From assembly GCA_043228905.1 (NCBI GenBank), contig JBHGNT010000010.1:14260001-14324000 (forward strand): a DNA stretch of 64,000 bases. Direction: 5' to 3'. The notes beneath the pieces are model-generated. The model ran no database searches and was not told the origin of the DNA. It saw only the letters and a list, made by a program, of their open reading frames with translations. Of the stretch, positions 62,735 through 64,000 are shown in pieces. Positions within the stretch are counted from its first letter, which is position 1, and every line of letters starts with the position of its first letter. The stretch comes from Azolla caroliniana (lineage: Eukaryota; Plantae; Polypodiophyta). The position numbers and the translations under genes are program-made.

Positions 62735-64000
62735 GACTAGTTGAACCGACACAGTCGGTTAATCGGAGATAGCTAGATGGAAGAGCTGAATTAGAGTCCG
62801 TCGACTTAGAGCAACCAACCTATGAGTTGGAATTGACGGACCTATTGAAGTCGATCAAAGAATACGAATCAGAGTCAGTGGACATCCAACAACTGATCGG
62901 CATGAATGAACCTGAGCCGAGAGAAGAGTTGGCAGAGACATTCGAGCCACAACCAACGACGAATGGAAAGAGATATCCTCTCAGAGAGAGAAGAGCACCA
63001 ACAACATATGCCAATCAATACATCAACTTGACTAATGAAGGTGAACCAGCGTGTTATGGCGAAGACATTGCTGACAAGCACGAAGAAATATGGTTGAGTG
63101 CAATGCAAAATGAGATGGACTCCTTGCATGAAAACTACACCTACGACTTGGTAGAATTACCGAAAGGTAAGAGAGAACTTAGGAACAAGTGGGTCTATAA
63201 AGGGATGATTAGAGAAGTCAACAACGTGCCTAGGTATAAAGCCCACATAGTGGTGAAGGGGTTCCAACAGAAAAAGGGTGTCGAATTCGACGAGATATTT
63301 GCACTAGTCGTTAAGATGACATCCATCCGAATTGTTCTGAGCATAGCTGCCAACATGGACCTAGAGATCGAATAGTTGGATGAAGAGATCTACATGACGC
63401 AACCCAAAGGCTTTGGGGAGTAAGGGAAAGAGAACCTGGTGTGTCAACTGAAGAAAAGCTTGTATGGTCTGAAGCAAGCTCCACGCCAATGGTACAAGAA
63501 GTTTGAATCCTTCATGACGGAACATCGGTTGCAGAAAACACAGGCTGATCACTGTGTGTTCGTCAAAAGGTATGAAGACGGTGATTTCTTGATTCACTTA
63601 TTATATGTAGATGACATGTTGATAGTCAGTCAAGACACAAGGAAGATCGAGAGCTTGAAGAAAGCCCTAGGCAAATTGTTTGCCATGAAAGATCTTGGAC
63701 CGGCTAAACAGATCTTGGGGATGCACATAGTTCGAGATAGAACTAAGAAAGTGTTGTGGTTGTCATAAAGAGGTTCAACATGTCGGAAGTAAAGCCGGTT
63801 GGCTCTACGTTACCAACCAACTACAAGTCAAATGATAACCAATGCCCGAGAAGGGAGAAAGAAAAGGTTGAGATGAAGAAAGTACCATATGCCTCAATCG
63901 TCGGCAGTTTAATGTACGCTATGATCTACACGAGACTAGACATAGCATTTGTTGTGGGAACAGTAAGCTGATATATGAGTAATTTAGGACGAGAACACTA
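62735..64000 (+). mobile_element. Degenerate copia family A-related RT region (runs off the window)
   Basis: RYPLRERRAP..EGEP..WLSAMQNEMDSLHENYTYDLVELPKG..KGFQQKKGV (62827..63375), [22 protein letters not shown] (63439..63768). Closely similar to ORF 59..2137. Confidence 0.9.

Overview
Eukaryotic, TE-dominated window, most likely from a non-seed land plant such as a fern or lycophyte (inferred from the Tcn1-like chromovirus remnants, RTE-X-like LINEs and very large TE-filled introns). One intact host gene is present on the minus strand: a HAD-family cytosolic 5'-nucleotidase III / pyrimidine 5'-nucleotidase (UMPH-1 type). I assembled it by hand as 10 GT-AG exons from ATG 49288 to a split TG|A stop at 26426, giving a 903-nt CDS (300 aa) spread over 22.9 kb. 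The rest is nested retroelements: several Ty1/copia families (three full-length copies with LTR pair, PBS, PPT and TSD; truncated copies; solo LTRs), one full-length chromodomain Ty3/gypsy, degenerate Tcn1-like gypsy hosts, about ten LINE fragments ending in (TTTC)n/(TC)n tails, and a MULE-like DNA transposon remnant with an Ulp1-like motif. Best candidate for something undescribed: copia family 'B' carries a ~180-aa in-frame acidic plus Arg-rich extension of Pol, placed between two PPT-like motifs and stopping inside the first 6 nt of the 3' LTR. Its PPT sits in the loop of a 10-bp hairpin that is also present in copia families whose LTR bodies look unrelated. Coordinates were counted by eye and no database searches were run.
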